64,000 nt of DNA, from positions 4,178,175-4,242,174 of the forward strand of contig NC_134032.1 of NCBI RefSeq assembly GCF_964204645.1, read 5' to 3'. Position 1 is the first letter of the stretch. Every line of letters begins with the position of its first letter. A model generated the notes under the pieces. That model did no database searches. It saw only the letters and a program-made list of their open reading frames with translations, and was not told where the DNA came from. A program made the translations under genes and the position numbers. The stretch is from Tubulanus polymorphus. Its lineage: Eukaryota > Animalia > Nemertea. Shown here piece by piece: positions 1 to 14,200 of the stretch.

Positions 1-445
1 TTAGAAAATATGTTCGATATTAGGGGTATGCAGGTTTCATGAGATTAGCAATTTATAATAGCATTGCTGTCATATACGGCTCCGCGTCCACTGATGGCAA
101 GTGTATAAGGTGACAATTCAATTCAATACTCTATTGATCCTTATTACATGGAAATTCCGGGATGAAATTTCCAAATTCAATAAAGTTACACATTTTAGAA
201 TAAGAAAATACAAAATACAAGACGCATGGGTAATTCATACAGAATAACATGAATAAGTTATTTAAATGATGATGTCTACTTCAACCCAGACTCAAGTCTA
301 GGATATCATCGTATCGAGTGACAGCCAAACCGGGCCCCAGAACCGGGCCGGCTGGCTACACGATATGCTCGAAGTCATGATGAAGCAGACATCAGAATAG
401 CTCTTTCTTCAACCATGGAGGCAATGAAGTTGCAGACCAGCTTAG
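1..445 (+). repeat. Dispersed repeat, direct copy of 36226-36655
   Basis: Aligns by eye, at high identity, from TTAGAAAATATGTTCGATAT to CAGACCAGCTTAG with 36226-36655. Confidence 0.9.
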
Positions 446-611
446 CCATTCTACATCTTTATCATTAATATTTGCGAAACAGCTTGTATGTGTACACATA
501 AACCTGTGAGGTTTTGCTCATCGATTTACGGTTGTCGTTTGTAAAATGACGCTGAATGGTTAACATTGTTTAGGTTTCATAATGGTAACGTTTTATCAGG
601 CGTCAAAAAAT
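444..611 (-). repeat. Dispersed repeat, inverted copy of 35727-35894
   Basis: The reverse complement (TTTTTTGACGCC...AAAACGTTACCATTATGAAACCTAAAC...GATGTAGAATGGCT) matches 35727-35894. Confidence 0.88.
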
Positions 612-832
612 CATAAATTACCCCTTTGAAATGAGTAGAAACTGAGTAAACAGTAAGCTTTCAACAGAGATGACGTCAGGATAAGCGATAGCAGATTTCA
701 GTAGTTTCACAGTTGCTATGCAACCACAGTAACCATTGGATTAGAATACATATGAATATATTTACCTACACTACAACCATTTCTTCCAAATTATCCACAT
801 GTTTTCGTTTACTAGTATAGTTTAAAAAATTA

Positions 833-1255
833 CTAATTAGTAAACTTATAAGCAACAAATATAACAATAACTGTTCCACCTAAAATCCATATTATTTCAT
901 ATTTCTTCTGTTCATTACTTGGGGTATAATAATCTGATAATTTGGGTTTGTATAGATGTAATTTTTCTTTATTGGTTACCGCGTTATATAAACTCATTGC
1001 ATCATCAACTGATTGAAAATCTCTATGTGAAATCTTCTGATCATATAATTCCTTGTTAATATAATCCATATAGTTTTGCCTCTTTTCTCTATATTCTTCT
1101 GCTGCTTTATTATATTTCTCTAATGCTAAGTTATGTCTTTTTCATTCTGTTAATGAACCCTTTTTATCAATATGCTTGAATAAATAACCACCACCAGTAA
1201 ATGCTAAAGCGTTAACAATTGCTGATCCTATAATAGTTATAATTGCAGAAGCCAT
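833..1255 (-). pseudogene. Small Polinton membrane/coiled-coil protein, disrupted
   Basis: MASAIITIIGSAIVNALAFTGGGYLF... is broken near 1142 and continues into ORF 833-1069, which has a hydrophobic C-terminus. Confidence 0.6.
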
Positions 1256-1279
1256 TTATTTAGTAAAATAATTACGCAT

Positions 1280-1501
1280 TTATATGGGAGGAATATATTT
1301 TTGTTTTTCCAAATAATCAATAGTTAAATTAGATAAAGTAACTGCTAATGTTAATTTTAAAATATCATTTATATCAAATCTATCAACATTAACACTTCCC
1401 ATTTTGAATATTTTTTTTAATACCATTGAATAACCAACAGTTCCAACTGATAGTAATGCTCCATTATATAATCCAGTTATTATCCACTTATTATCGCTCA
1501 T
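1280..1501 (-). CDS. Small hydrophobic Polinton protein (73 aa)
   Basis: Intact ORF with two hydrophobic segments, ending YLEKQKYIP, within the Polinton gene cluster. Confidence 0.6.
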   Translation of the reverse strand: MSDNKWIITGLYNGALLSVGTVGYSMVLKKIFKMGSVNVDRFDINDILKLTLAVTLSNLTIDYLEKQKYIPPI

Positions 1502-1876
1502 TTATTCATCAAAAAAATTACTATCTTCAAAATATTTAGTTAACTTAGTTATAATTATTTCAACATTTATTTCATTACTAGTTTCATTTGTATATATTTC
1601 AATTATTATTTTTTTAATATCATCGATGATAAAATCTTCATCTAATTCATAAAATCTTAAAGATTCTCTAATTAAATTAGTAATCTTTTCTACATTTAAA
1701 GTTTCTTTATCTATTGTTGTTTCATACTCAAATGTTGTTTCATTAGAAAATGCAATATTTTTTGATATGTGTAATTACATCATTAACGTTAAATTTCATT
1801 TCTTTCTCACGTTTAAAATAAAACCCAAAACATATACTCGGTCCAACAGTTATATTCATTTATATAGTGAAAAAAA

Positions 1877-2622
1877 TTACTCTCTACATCTTATAACTAA
1901 TTCATAAATTACAGGAAAGTTATTCAAATCAATTAGATAACCATTATGATTTCTTATTTCTAATTTAAAATTATTAAATTTAGGAATGCAAGGTTTGAAA
2001 TCACATTCTGTTAAATTATAATTTATTTGCGTTCCAACTTGTTTAACATTTTTTAATGGTAAAATATTTAGTATACTAGCATTACAAATTGTATCTTTAG
2101 TTGCTTCGAAAGTTTTTGTAGGATCAATTAAATTGCAATAAATATAAAAGTGTGTAAAAGGTATTATATTTGAATTACCATCTACGTTTCCTGTAACAAT
2201 ATCTGGTGCAATTCCTAACAGTTTAGCTATAGGTTTTTTTACCATAAATGCATGTTGACTTTCATCATATACCTTTATTTTAATTTTATTTGTGCTATCA
2301 CTTTTTATAAATCTAATTAAAAATTTATCTTCTCTTCTAATTTTCAACCGTGCTCTTCGATTAATTTCTTGAGCTAATGTTTCTAAATTATATAATCCTG
2401 GTTTTAAAATTTATTTACATTTCCAATATGAATTAAAAAAGTATTATCTTCAATAGTTTTATCCGTTATATTATAAAAAGAATTACATAAACTTATATTA
2501 ACTAATTTTAAATCTACACAATTTTTATATTCCCTATCTAATTGAACTAGTAAATTATGAGATTTATAATTTGTAAGCCTTCTAGAATCAACAAATATTC
2601 TGTATTCTTTTAATTCCGCCAT
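1877..2622 (-). pseudogene. Polinton minor capsid (penton-like) gene, frameshifted
   Basis: ORFs 2404-2622 and 1877-2347 join across a frameshift near 2400. Recognisable segments: IFVDSR, LKLVNISLCNSFYNI, PGLYNLETL, FYIYCNLID, KLEIRNHNGYLIDLN. Confidence 0.65.
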
Positions 2623-2639
2623 TTATTTTACATATTTTC

Positions 2640-2999
2640 TTATTCGAAATCTATTTCATGGCGCCCTTTTTCATTCTTACCTTTGTATACGAAATAGAAA
2701 TCTCCAGAACATAATTCTTCTAGATCTTCACTTGATAATCTATGAAATCTATCCGGTAAATATGTTATGAATTTATATGTATTTCCTTTTAATCCTTCAT
2801 ATTCTAAGTGTATAACTAATTTATCTCCATAGTTATTAGTAACTGTATCAATATTTGTAATTAGATATTTCTTATGAATTGTTAATTCTGTTAACTTTTT
2901 GAATTTATAATCTACAGATTTTACATTTGTTATATCTTTAATTCTATCTAGAAATAATTTGTTTTTCTCACTGTGCGCTTGTTTACTCTCCATTTTCAT
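2640..2999 (-). CDS. Polinton accessory protein (119 aa), possibly OB-fold
   Basis: Intact ORF between PolB and the penton gene (TNNYGDKLVIHLE...YLPDRF). A degenerate homologue lies at about 23130-23418. Confidence 0.6.
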   Translation of the reverse strand: MKMESKQAHSEKNKLFLDRIKDITNVKSVDYKFKKLTELTIHKKYLITNIDTVTNNYGDKLVIHLEYEGLKGNTYKFITYLPDRFHRLSSEDLEELCSGDFYFVYKGKNEKGRHEIDFE

Positions 3000-3022
3000 A
3001 ACATATTTTTATCAAAATTTGA

Positions 3023-6000
3023 TTAACACGTTAGAATTCTTTTCATTATCTCGTTCTCTTTTGTTTCTTCTCTTTTAAATTTTAAGTATTCATCTAAATT
3101 GCAACCATAAGCAACTGTATGAATTCCATCATCCAGAATATATCTTTTATCATCAAATGGGTTTAGACTTATCTTTTCAATTTCTTCAATAAACATTTCA
3201 TGATCTTCAGATCTTAAACATCTCATCTTATGTTTTCTAACTTCTTCATTGAATATACAATTGATGTAATCTTTAAAATGAATATTCTTTTCTACAACAC
3301 TTTTGGTTATTCCTTTTAACTTTTTAGCTTCATGTTCTTTAGTTTTATATGAATACATTTTAGATCTAATACCGATGAATTCAATCATTTCTTCATCACC
3401 TAATTCATCTTTGAATTTACCGGGAACTTTTTTATTATCATTGCTAAACAATTCATGATCTTTAGGATAGTTACTAAAATCAAAATGGTGTTTTAATGTT
3501 TTTAAATCATCTGTTATGTTATCAGTTTTTATCTTTAATATGTAACTGTCAGTATCAAAATATAATATTTCTATATGTTTTTCTCCAAAAAGTGGTTGTA
3601 ATACATTTTAATAGAATTCATACATTAGTAATTTTGATAATTCTAAAACTGAAGCGCCAACATAGATTGGTTTATTAAATTTCATTGATGTTCTTTTCAT
3701 TTTAACTGCAGCTAAATTTTCATCAAATATTCTGTTACCAATGAACTTAGGATATGATTGTAAATGCCTTATCCTTTTACCATTACTAACTAACTCAATA
3801 TCATTTCTATTTCTAATATTTTCACAAGTCTTACCATCGAATGCGTTATTCATTAACTTGAAGAAATCTTTTTCGAAATCAGTTTTAGCTTCAGTTCTCT
3901 GTTTGGTGTTAAAATCTATTTTTTTTTCTAACCACTTAGATTGACTAAATGAAATATATCTATGTACTTTTTTAGAACCATTCCTTGTTTTAGATAAAAC
4001 TTTAACATTCTATAATGTACTACATAATTATATTTATCTTCTTGAGTTACCATTAACTTTTCTGTATGAATATGATTTTCGGGTTTAATTCTTTTTTGGT
4101 AATTTGATAATTCTTCATGAGTTACAGTTTTATGTTCGGGACAGTATGCTAGATTTCTAGATTTAAATTTAATATGTTCAGGATATTCTAAGTCTACAAC
4201 AAAGAAGTAACCAGTATCTGAATCATCTGCAATATCTAGGATTCTTTTCTTCCAATCAAAATTATCATTATTTTCATTCTGTAAAACTTCAGTTAATTCA
4301 AATACTCCATAAGGTTGTGGTTCCATCATTGCCCAACCATACAAATTATTTGCATCTATATATAATAACTTATATCCAGGGTTATCATTTACATTGAAAT
4401 ATGTATCACCTAATACACCTGAAACTCCTCCTCTTATAGATTTTTCAAATAATAATAATTGATCTATATTTGTTAACAAATCCATTTTTATATCTGTAAA
4501 TTTTAATCCACAATCCCATGTTAGACCTGGTGATGAATAACAATGACAAGTATCAATGTTAAAATATTTTAGGTTTACATCTCTAAACCTTTCGAATATA
4601 TCGGTTAATAATAATACATCTGATTTTAAATATAAATCTACTAATTGCCCATGATTTTCTATTTTGAAATGATTCCAAATATTCAATGTTCTATTATAGA
4701 CTTCATCTTTAACATATTCATTTTTTAATTCGTCATAGAATTGTTCTTTCAATAATTCAGTTATGTTAAAATTATTATGATTGTTATAGAAAGAATATGG
4801 AATTGCTCCATTATATCTCATTAATTGGAAATCATCATTATTTGGGTAGTATTATTTGGGTATATCTTTATTTCATCATCAACTTATGATTTTGATAAGT
4901 TATCTAATGAACTATTTAGAAATAATATGAATCTATAAATCTTAGGCAACCAAATTGGAATGATATATAATTCTCAGATGTTTTAGCTAACATTCTAAAT
5001 TTATAAGTTGGTATTTTATCTTTTGATCTATTTGAATTTAATCTTTCTATTTCATTATTAATTTCTTCTATTTTATAGCATAACTGTTTGATGAATAAAT
5101 GTGCATCATATCCTGATAGATTATGAAATATAACTGGTACAAAGTTAATTTTCTTAGCTTGTAAGTTACAATTCTCATGTGCAGCGCCTCTAAACTTTCC
5201 ATTCAAATGATCATGGTCTCTTACTTTTTTATCTTTATAATTAAATATCTTTTCACAATAATAACATTTATCTGCAAACGCAAATTCTTCTTTATCTTCT
5301 TCTGTCATTATAATTTCTATATTTGTATTCAATAATTTACTAAATCTTATTTCATATTCAATTAATAAGTCACAAAAATGATTGATAACATTTTCATTTC
5401 TATAATCATAATATTCACTTTCAATTAGTTCTGGATAATCAGATTTAATATATAACCCGAAAGCTGCAGCTAAATGATGAATCTTTTTAATAGTATTTGT
5501 TATTGGCGGTTCATCTGAAAAATCATTTTCATTAGAATTTAATTTCTTTCTTTTATAATATATTTCTTTTCTATCTTGATCAGTTAGTTCTTTATTTAAT
5601 GATTCAAAATCTCCATATATTATAAATGGTACTTTATTTTTGTAATCATATTTTTTGAATTCTAATATTTTATCCTTTTCATTTGGTATAACTAATTTAC
5701 AATAATCATGATTTTCACATAATTGTTTATGATTTAATAATGTACTTTCATAACTGAATCTATGTAAACATTTTCTACATAGATATATTTTATGGTGATC
5801 ATTTTCTGATTTAAAAAATAAATCTATTTGTTTAATCCACATATAATGATTCTCATAATATAGTATATCTATAACATCGTTTGAATCATAATCTTTTGAT
5901 AGGTATAAAGGTTCTTATGTATAATGTTTTATGCTGTTACCTTTTGTATTTGGTAATTTGATTAAATCAAATACATTTATTCTTAAATTATTATCTCTTT

Positions 6001-7060
6001 CTATCTTTGGGATGTTTTTAATTCTAACAGGATACTTATCTATCTTATAATTATTTTCAAATGGTTTATAATGAGTTAATCTAAAACTATGTGTAATATC
6101 TTCTGTTGGATGTAAACAACTTATTATAGCCCATAGAAAACATTTATCATCTTCATTTTTTACATTTATTACAGCATTAGTTTTAAATGGTAGTTTAATA
6201 TAACTCGATGCTTCAATATCTGGTTCTTTATAATATGATACATTATTTTCATCTATTGGTTTTGATTTAGTTAACTTATTATATTTTGTGTTATAAACAT
6301 GTAAAGTCATAAATATTATTTCATCAAATATTAAACCAGATCCTTCAAAATATTTCTCTTCTATTTTAGTTTTTACTTCATTATAACATTTATCTAATTT
6401 ATCATCTATATGTTGTTTAGATATAATATGTTGTGAATGAGAATTTATATTATATATTGGTTTATCTTCAGATTTTATGAATTTAACTTTAACTGATATA
6501 CTTATTTTAGGGTATTCAACATCAGTTATTATTTTTATTATTTCTTTCATATTTTCTAAATGTTTTTTTTCTTCTTCTAATGTTTTTCCTTTATGAAATT
6601 TAAACTCGATAGCTGCTGGACCAATATCACTTTTAAATGCTTCGGTTATCTCTATATCTTTTTTATTATCTAATGAATTAATATGATTTCTTACATCTTC
6701 CATGTATGGTCTTTTATTGTTTAATTTATTTTTTATGCTTTTGATTGTCTTCTGTTTCTTATCATTATCTTTATTAAAATAATCTTCACCTAAAATATCA
6801 TTATTCTTATTTCTAATATGACTTTTAGATTTTAAATGTTCATTATAATATCTTTTATCACTGAATGATTGATTACATGTATCACATTTTTATGTTTCTT
6901 TTTCATTCTTTAATTCATCTAATTTAGTTTCTAATATATCATCTTCATATTCTAGTTTCAATTTATTCTCTAAATGTGTTTTAGTTTTATTGTGTCTTGC
7001 TTTTTGGGATTTATCTATATTGATATTACATGTTGGACAGTAGTACTTATTTGCTTCCAT
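3023..7060 (-). pseudogene. Protein-primed family B DNA polymerase with N-terminal C2H2 fingers, multiply frameshifted
   Basis: Motifs across ORFs 5915-6703, 4916-5842, 3928-4821, 3608-3853 and 3023-3451: ExoI YGDFES, RDHDH..GKFRGAAH..CNL, ExoII HNLSGYD, ExoIII YLKSDV, motif A YIDANNLYG, motif B KLMNNA..GK, motif C YFDTDS, KMYS. The upstream ATG at 7060 opens MEANKYYCPTC...H.....H. Confidence 0.92.
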
Positions 7061-7139
7061 TTTAATACTAAATTTTTTATTAAAATTGATTTTAGAAGTT
7101 ATTCATTTATATTTTATTCATATATATGAATATTTTAAG

Positions 7140-7490
7140 AGTAAAAGGGGTAATGGGCTTTCATATCAAAGGTTGAATGGTCGAGTTCATTAAAAACAAA
7201 ACATTAAAAATAATTTAAAACTATAATATATTTTCATAACCGTGTGTACTTCAGTTGAATAATAGAATAATTATTATCATTTGAATATATTTGATGATAT
7301 GATTTTGTGTATTGTAAATAATTCAATATGCTTTTTAAATTATTGATATCTTAGAATAAATATTTAGTTATAATATAAAATGCACACGGTTCTGAAAATA
7401 TACTATAGTTTTAAATTACTTTTAATGTTTTGTCTTTTAAGGAGCTCGACCTTTCGACCTTTGGTATGATAGCCCATTACCCCTATTACT
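7140..7490. repeat. About 108-bp inverted repeat pair (7140-7248 / 7381-7490) at the Polinton end
   Basis: AGTAAAAGGGGTAATGGGCTTTCATATCAAAGG...AACCGTGTG versus the reverse complement AGTAATAGGGGTAATGGGCTATCATACCAAAGG...AACCGTGTG. Confidence 0.9.
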
Positions 7491-7698
7491 TTCATTTCAT
7501 TTTCATTTCATTTTCATTTCATTTTCATTTCATTTTCATTTCATTTTCATTTCATTTTCATTTCATTTTCATTTCATTTTCATTTCATTTTCATTTTATT
7601 TTCATTTCATTTTCATTTCAAATTCATTTCATTTTCATTTCATTTTCATTTCATTTTCATTTCATTTTCATTTCATTTTCATTTCATTTTCATTTCAT
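7490..7698. repeat. (TTTCA/TTTTCA)n simple repeat
   Basis: Direct reading. It produces the spurious ORF 7430-7708. Confidence 0.97.
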
Positions 7699-8228
7699 GA
7701 TATTTTGATAATTGTCTTCTATCTATATAACGTTTAACAGTTTATTTTCAAGAGAGTGCGCGATATGATCAATGAGAAAAACGCTAAAAGGCGTATTAGT
7801 CCACGCCCAGTCGCATACCAGTGTTTATCAAAATACGCTTGGAGACAGTTAGCGATAGTGTCTTACGTGAATACGTTTGCAGGCAGACTGTTATCGGATT
7901 CTAATATTGAAGGCGAACTACGTAGTGTCCGCGAAGGTTCGTCTTGCATCTCTGTTTTCAGATTTTGAATATATTTTGGTCTAAAGTCAATTCCGGCTTC
8001 GCTATTGATCCAATTCCTCATATCTTATTCGGTTAATGTCAACAAATCCGCTTGAGTGCAATCATTTGAGTGGGCTTGAAATCTATTCGGAAATACCATT
8101 GTAATTCCCGATTTATGCCCAGACTTTCTTAAACACGTCACCCGGACGTTTTAGACTCCACGATGAACCGATTATCAATTATTTCCGTAAACATCAGGAA
8201 TTCAACAAACCATGCACGTTTTACAGGA

Positions 8229-11200
8229 ATGGTTACTGAAATGCAAGCTTTATGTATAGTTTTGTTGTCAGTAGTAGCAGCAACGACGGTGGCAACAGCA
8301 GCGGCGGCAGCACAAGCACCAGGTAATAAGTCTCTTACGATTCATTGAATGCAGTTAACGGTGCTTATTCTGATTGGTCAATAAGACCGGTGCCCTCGGA
8401 AACGTACTCGCAGGCAAACGTGCACCAATCCACTCGATGGTGACCAGAAAGCGTGACATAAGCTTGTTTTGTTGCTAATGCTAGTTAACTACCTGACGTA
8501 TCACCTACATCGAATAGATTCGCCCCTTGATTCTTTTTATAACAATAATTTAAGAGCAAAATTCATCACCGGATATGTCTGGTGTTTCCACACGAAAATC
8601 AACTCAAAAATCGTTTTAATTTATCTGGGTCAGCCCTTCTGCATTTGGTGATGTACGTATAGAAAAGGTTTGCAATTATCTTATTTATATTATTTTATGA
8701 TGTTTTTACTACAAGCAAGACATAAACGAAACTGCAATATGGTAACTAACTATAGCGACTTCAGCGCCACCACAGGTAAACATATGAGGACCCTAGAGTG
8801 GCAATATGTTTATAAACAATAAGATCTGATCTATCGATTGATGTATGTTGCCAACCATTAACACAAAATGCCGTAATATCCAATTTTTTGTACCTTCGGC
8901 AGGCCGACTATTATTTATATCTGTCATGTTCGCGTGTATTGGGCCTTTCCGTTTTTCTTTCAATAAATGTATTGTATTGTTTGTTCAACTCTGTGCAATG
9001 AGCTGATTGGGGAGCAATAAACTTAACTTAACTTCATTATTCAGTTATAATTGCAGCTATGATTTCCTATGTATTTATGTGCGTCAATCCAACTAAATCT
9101 ATTCACTTTTATGCGAGTTTTTACATTACAGCAGTTAACGGCGGTTATACTACATGGGGAGGTTGGAGCCCTTGTTTCCAAACTTGTGGCGGCGGGTCTC
9201 AGACGCGTTATCGATCGTGTACCGATCCAGCACCATCCAATGGCGGTTTGAGCTGCGCCGACCAAAACCTCGGACCTGATAGCGACTCGAAGCCATGCGA
9301 ATTAGTAATTGCGTGTCCCGGTGAGTGTTTCATTGCGTTGGTCACCGACTAATAAAATTACTGATTTCAGTTGCTGAAACGTTAAGCGGTGGATAAATAC
9401 CGTAGAAACAATGAACTTAATTGTCACTGGTTAACCCTGAACAATCTTTTAGGCCTTTTTGAATTGCTTGGTTTACGGGAACCGCCTCCGAAATTTAAAG
9501 AAAAGTCAAATGAAAATATTTTATTTTTCTTATTCCCGTGCGTGGAACAAATTCAGTGAAAAAATGAGCAAAAAAAGTTTTTTTCACCACCGCCGAACAA
9601 GTATCCTGGCTGGAATGATATAAACATTGGAAAACGCGAGTTTTTTTTATCTCACTGTGCAGAATTCGAACTTCCCAAGAAACATTTGTTTGGATATATG
9701 TACAATGCCCTATCGACAGTTCCGTCTTCCTTTAAAAAGGAATTTTATTTCAATAAGGGATTTTCTTTTAAATTTCTATTTCCTCCTCAGAAGTGATATT
9801 TGAATAGGTCTACCGCGTAAACCGAGCAGCTATTAAAAAGGCCTCAGGACCTGACTCCAGGGTAATCCGAATTGGTGATTGCTAATTTCACCCAGAGTGT
9901 TTCACCTGCACTGAAAAGATTCGCCCTAGCTAGTTTGTCTTCATATTGATACAGACTATGTATTTGTGTGTGCGTCAATCGGACTTATCTTAATTCAGAT
10001 AATCAGATGATAATCCAGAATTCGGATAAGGCCGAATCATCTTTTTCAGTCGCAACTCTTTACCGTAAAAACCAGCGTAAATTATTTGGTCCGCTGAGAT
10101 TTCAGCCCCGATTATAGCACTCATTGACCTTGAGTTTACTGAGTACGTACGCAATCAATATTGATGACGAAGGCGAAGTTTCATTAGGATAAGGTTAGCA
10201 GCGGGTGAGGTCATGGTTTGGGAATGGGAGAATTGTACAAATTAGTATATAAGTCTAAGGTTTTGGTTCAGGGAAAGAAGAGAACAGGAGGGAGCTAATA
10301 ATTTAACAATAGGAAGAAGAATAACAGAAACAGTGTGATCATATAAGCAAGACGTGTTAGCACTTTATATCTGCCTGATCGAGGAAAGAGGAAGATCCAG
10401 CGGTACGAGATTAATAAGAACAACAATAGAGGAGAGTCAGAGGACACAACACTGGTGGGGAACTTCGTGACACAACAAGTTGTGGGGAATCGAGTGGAAT
10501 AACTAGGTACAGATTGTTACGTGACATATCAGTGGTTGAGATTGTAGTTTTATAACAGGCATATATATGAGGACGATTGAAGTAGAACATTAGAAGAAGT
10601 AGAATTTTTAAGCTACCTAGGTACGGCTTCAAATAGACTGCTGGCCGATATGTTCTAAGGGGGAAGAAAGGAATTTTGTATGAAGGAATGGAATGAGGGA
10701 AATTACAATGTATCAGTTTCCTGATCACATTTCAAAAGTTATCTTAATGTTGGCTATTTAAAAGGTCTTTCGGAGAAATAGTGAGCGAGTTTCTCGGAAC
10801 GGAGCTTTACAAAATACGTGTATCGTTTCTCGTCGTCGTCGTCGTCTTTGTTGTCAATGAAGATCGAAATATTCATCATCTTTATTTCCAGCTCAAAACT
10901 TTTGCGACTCGACCAACGACTGCGGAGTGGATGTCGATTGCATCGATACAGAAAATTCTTATTATTGTAAATGTCAGGATGGTTTTGTGCTCAGCGCTGA
11001 TCGAAAACGGTGCAAAGGTAAGCAGGCATGCAATTTCTTATTACCGACTGCCCCGTGTGTCATTAGCTATCAATTCAGGAGGCGTATTAGCCGATTGTTT
11101 GTTCCTGTATTTTTTTCTGTTTATTTCTATCAACGGTTAAGGCATGTATTTGTTTGATAGGTAGATTTCGCTTGATTTGTCTTGATTTGGTGTCCTTCAC

Positions 11201-14200
11201 AAACCCATCACTCACACCTGCATTTTCATTCAAACAATCTCGAGATCTTGGTAATAACTGTTCTACAAGGTTAATGATCATTACATTTTGGCCGTTTTCC
11301 ACATGTAAATAGTCCGATTATAGTTCGTGTTGACGAGATTGAAAAGAAAGAAATTTCGAAACGCAAATAATCAACCTACACAATTTGATTATGCCAAACG
11401 AATGCTAAAACATTTTCATAAAAGATCCTACCTTTTTGTAATTATCAACAACCTAATAATTACCTGGTGAAATTAGCAGGGATGAGGTGCACGATTCTGA
11501 TGACATGATCGACAACGCAAACGAAAACGAAGTGGCCAGAAGTAAGTATGCCATACATTTTTCGGAGCAATTTTTCGATTTGTTAAATCTTGTTCACTCC
11601 CGCCCAGAACCTTTTGAAAAATACGCAATAATTTTGGGTTTTCTGGTTTTTTCACCTTTTTTGATGGATGATATAATACATGATTAATTAATGATTTCGT
11701 ATCTGCTGGTACAGTATTGAGGCTAAAGTGATCGGAGAACGCCGGCCTTAAAAACCGGCCCAGGTTTTTCTATATCGGTAAACGAACTTTTCTATCACCG
11801 CTTTTTTTATAGAGCTCATACCGAACTACACGGGCGCGTTTATTGGTTTTAGGAGACCGTTCAAAATGGTGAGTGTGATGAAATCTTGGACAAGCCACCT
11901 TATTTTCACTGAGACGAACAACGTCAGACTATACTTCAACAGGAAAGAACACTAACGTCCAATCAAGGGCAATAATTCAATTCATTTCAAAAATATCTTG
12001 ATCTATACGGTTATATCCATACGGATTTGGACGTACAGAGTAAACAGATAGGAAATAAAAATAAAAAACTATACAATTGCAACATATTACCGATTACAGA
12101 TGAATACACGATATGATAATGGACAGGTGCAACGCAGGTTTCCCCGCCAGATGGCGTGGCGAATACTCGGTATCAGTTAATTAGCAATGAACTTCAAATT
12201 AGATTTTTTGGCTACCGAATCCATACATTAGCATATGACCCAGCAAATATACTTTGAATTGATTTAAAGTTCAAAAATATGTAGTTTCAATAATATTTGA
12301 TCGATTTAAGAGAAAAGACCATTCGGTTTTCATTGAAATTTAGACGAAATTAAACGCAAATGACCGAGCATAACTACTATGGAACGAACCTAGTGGACCC
12401 TCGCTTACAACAAGAGCGTTGGTAGTTGGTAGTTTTGAAATAAGGATCCATAAACGTAAATGGAGTCTGCGGTGCATTTTTAGACATCTGCCATTGAAAA
12501 TTTTGCAAAACTTTGGTGACCACATTCATAACAGACCATGATAAATTGTAGGACTGAGACCTGGAAAAAAGGAGCACCCGCAGCAATTCGACCCATCGGC
12601 TGTCGTCAACCGTAAAAACGTTTTATTGCAGGCATACTCAAATTGGAATTGGGATGAACCTAACAATAGACCTGCGCCTGAAAACTGTGTGGAAATGTTT
12701 CCAAATAATGGAAGGTGGAATGACGTCGACTGCGCATACTCGAAACCCGTGATTGAATATTATTCCTGTAGTTGTCGTGACGGTTACGAATTAAGTGGTG
12801 ATAAAAAGAAATGCATCGGTACGTAGTGCGCCGTCTTCTTACTCATAACTTCTGCAGATATGAACAGATCTGCTTGACACCCCCTCAGACAATCCACTGT
12901 CGGTACCCTGCACCCCCTCAGATAGTCTGCTGTCTGTACCCTGCAACCCGTCAGACAATATGCTCGCTGTACCCTGCAACCCCTCAGATAGTCTACTGTC
13001 TGTACCCTGCAACCCCTCAGATAGTTTACTGTCTGTACCTTTCACCCCTTCAAACAATCTGCTGGCTGTACCCTGCAACCCCTCAGACAATCTGCTGTCT
13101 GTACCCTGCAACCTCTCAGACAATCTGCTTTTTGTACCCTGTACCCATTCAGATAATCTGCTATCTGTACCCTGCAAACCCTAAGACAATCTGCTGTCTG
13201 TACCCTGCAACCCCTCAGACAATCTGCTGTATGTGCCCAATAACCCCTCAGACAATCTGCTGTTTGTACCCTGTACCCATTCAGATAATCTGCTATCTGT
13301 ACCCTGCAACCCCTCAGATAATCTGCTATCTGTACCCTGCACCCTGTGTTGTAAATTGATGTTCGGTTTGCTACTATAGAATTTGATTGTAGTCTAGTTT
13401 AGCATTAGTACTGTAGGATTTGTACCTCTTTACTGAACTCCTTCATGCTTGAAAGAGCTACAGCAATTGTAAGTTATGAATTTCTAGGAATACAATAGGT
13501 TAATTTTCCTCAGCTTAAATTAAATTAATTACTTTCTATCTTTGTGGCAAACTTAAGACGCCGAGTTTGATTTAAGCTAAGTAGCTAAGTTGTGTAGATT
13601 TGACGCGGACTCGTTTCGCCTGTTCGGAACACCCTGCACCCCGTCGGACAATCTGCTGTTTGTGCCCAGCACCCCTTCTGTACCCATCTCCCAGACAATC
13701 TGCTGTCTAACATGAAATTGCTTTTTTTAGATATAAACGAATGCGCTTTAGGGCTCGACAAATGTGGTCACGTGGGAACGTGCGTCAACACTGAGGGTTC
13801 CTATCGGTGTAACTGTAGCGACGGTTATGAATTAAGCGCCGACCAGAAACGATGTGACTGTAAGTTCCATCATTCCAATCGCTCTCGTCGATTATTATTC
13901 TCATTCCTCATTCTTCTTGTTTTTCCCTCTTCCTCTTAATCTCCCTCTCCCTCCCTCTCAATCTCCCTCACCCTCCCTCTCCCTCTCAATCTCCTACTCC
14001 CTCCTTAATAAGAAAGCATTCTCAATTCTATTTTTGTTTTGCCGGTGAATATTTTACACATCCCAGTTTTACAACAAAGCTGAATAGCACTCCTAACTTC
14101 ACATTTTAATCAAAAGCACGGTGATTAACATCCTCCAGAGATTGCCACGGTACGAAACCCTGCCACACTAGACCGAGTGCGCAGTTACACGCGCAGCTTA

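Larger units (their letters stand above)
800..7490 (-). mobile_element. Decayed, truncated Polinton/Maverick (adintovirus-like) element
   Basis: Very AT-rich, intronless, tightly packed minus-strand genes include a protein-primed PolB and a penton-like gene. The right end reads AGTAAT... on the minus strand. No integrase, ATPase, major capsid or protease is visible. The left boundary is approximate. Confidence 0.85.

Noticed and set aside
7430-7708. 92-aa Phe/His/Ile/Ser-rich ORF
   Set aside because: It is a translation of the (TTTCA)n microsatellite.
12811-13359. Cys/Pro-rich repetitive ORFs; possible CRISPR-like array
   Set aside because: This is a head-to-tail 33-bp intronic minisatellite with no unique spacers. 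The ORFs are a by-product of the unit length being a multiple of three.
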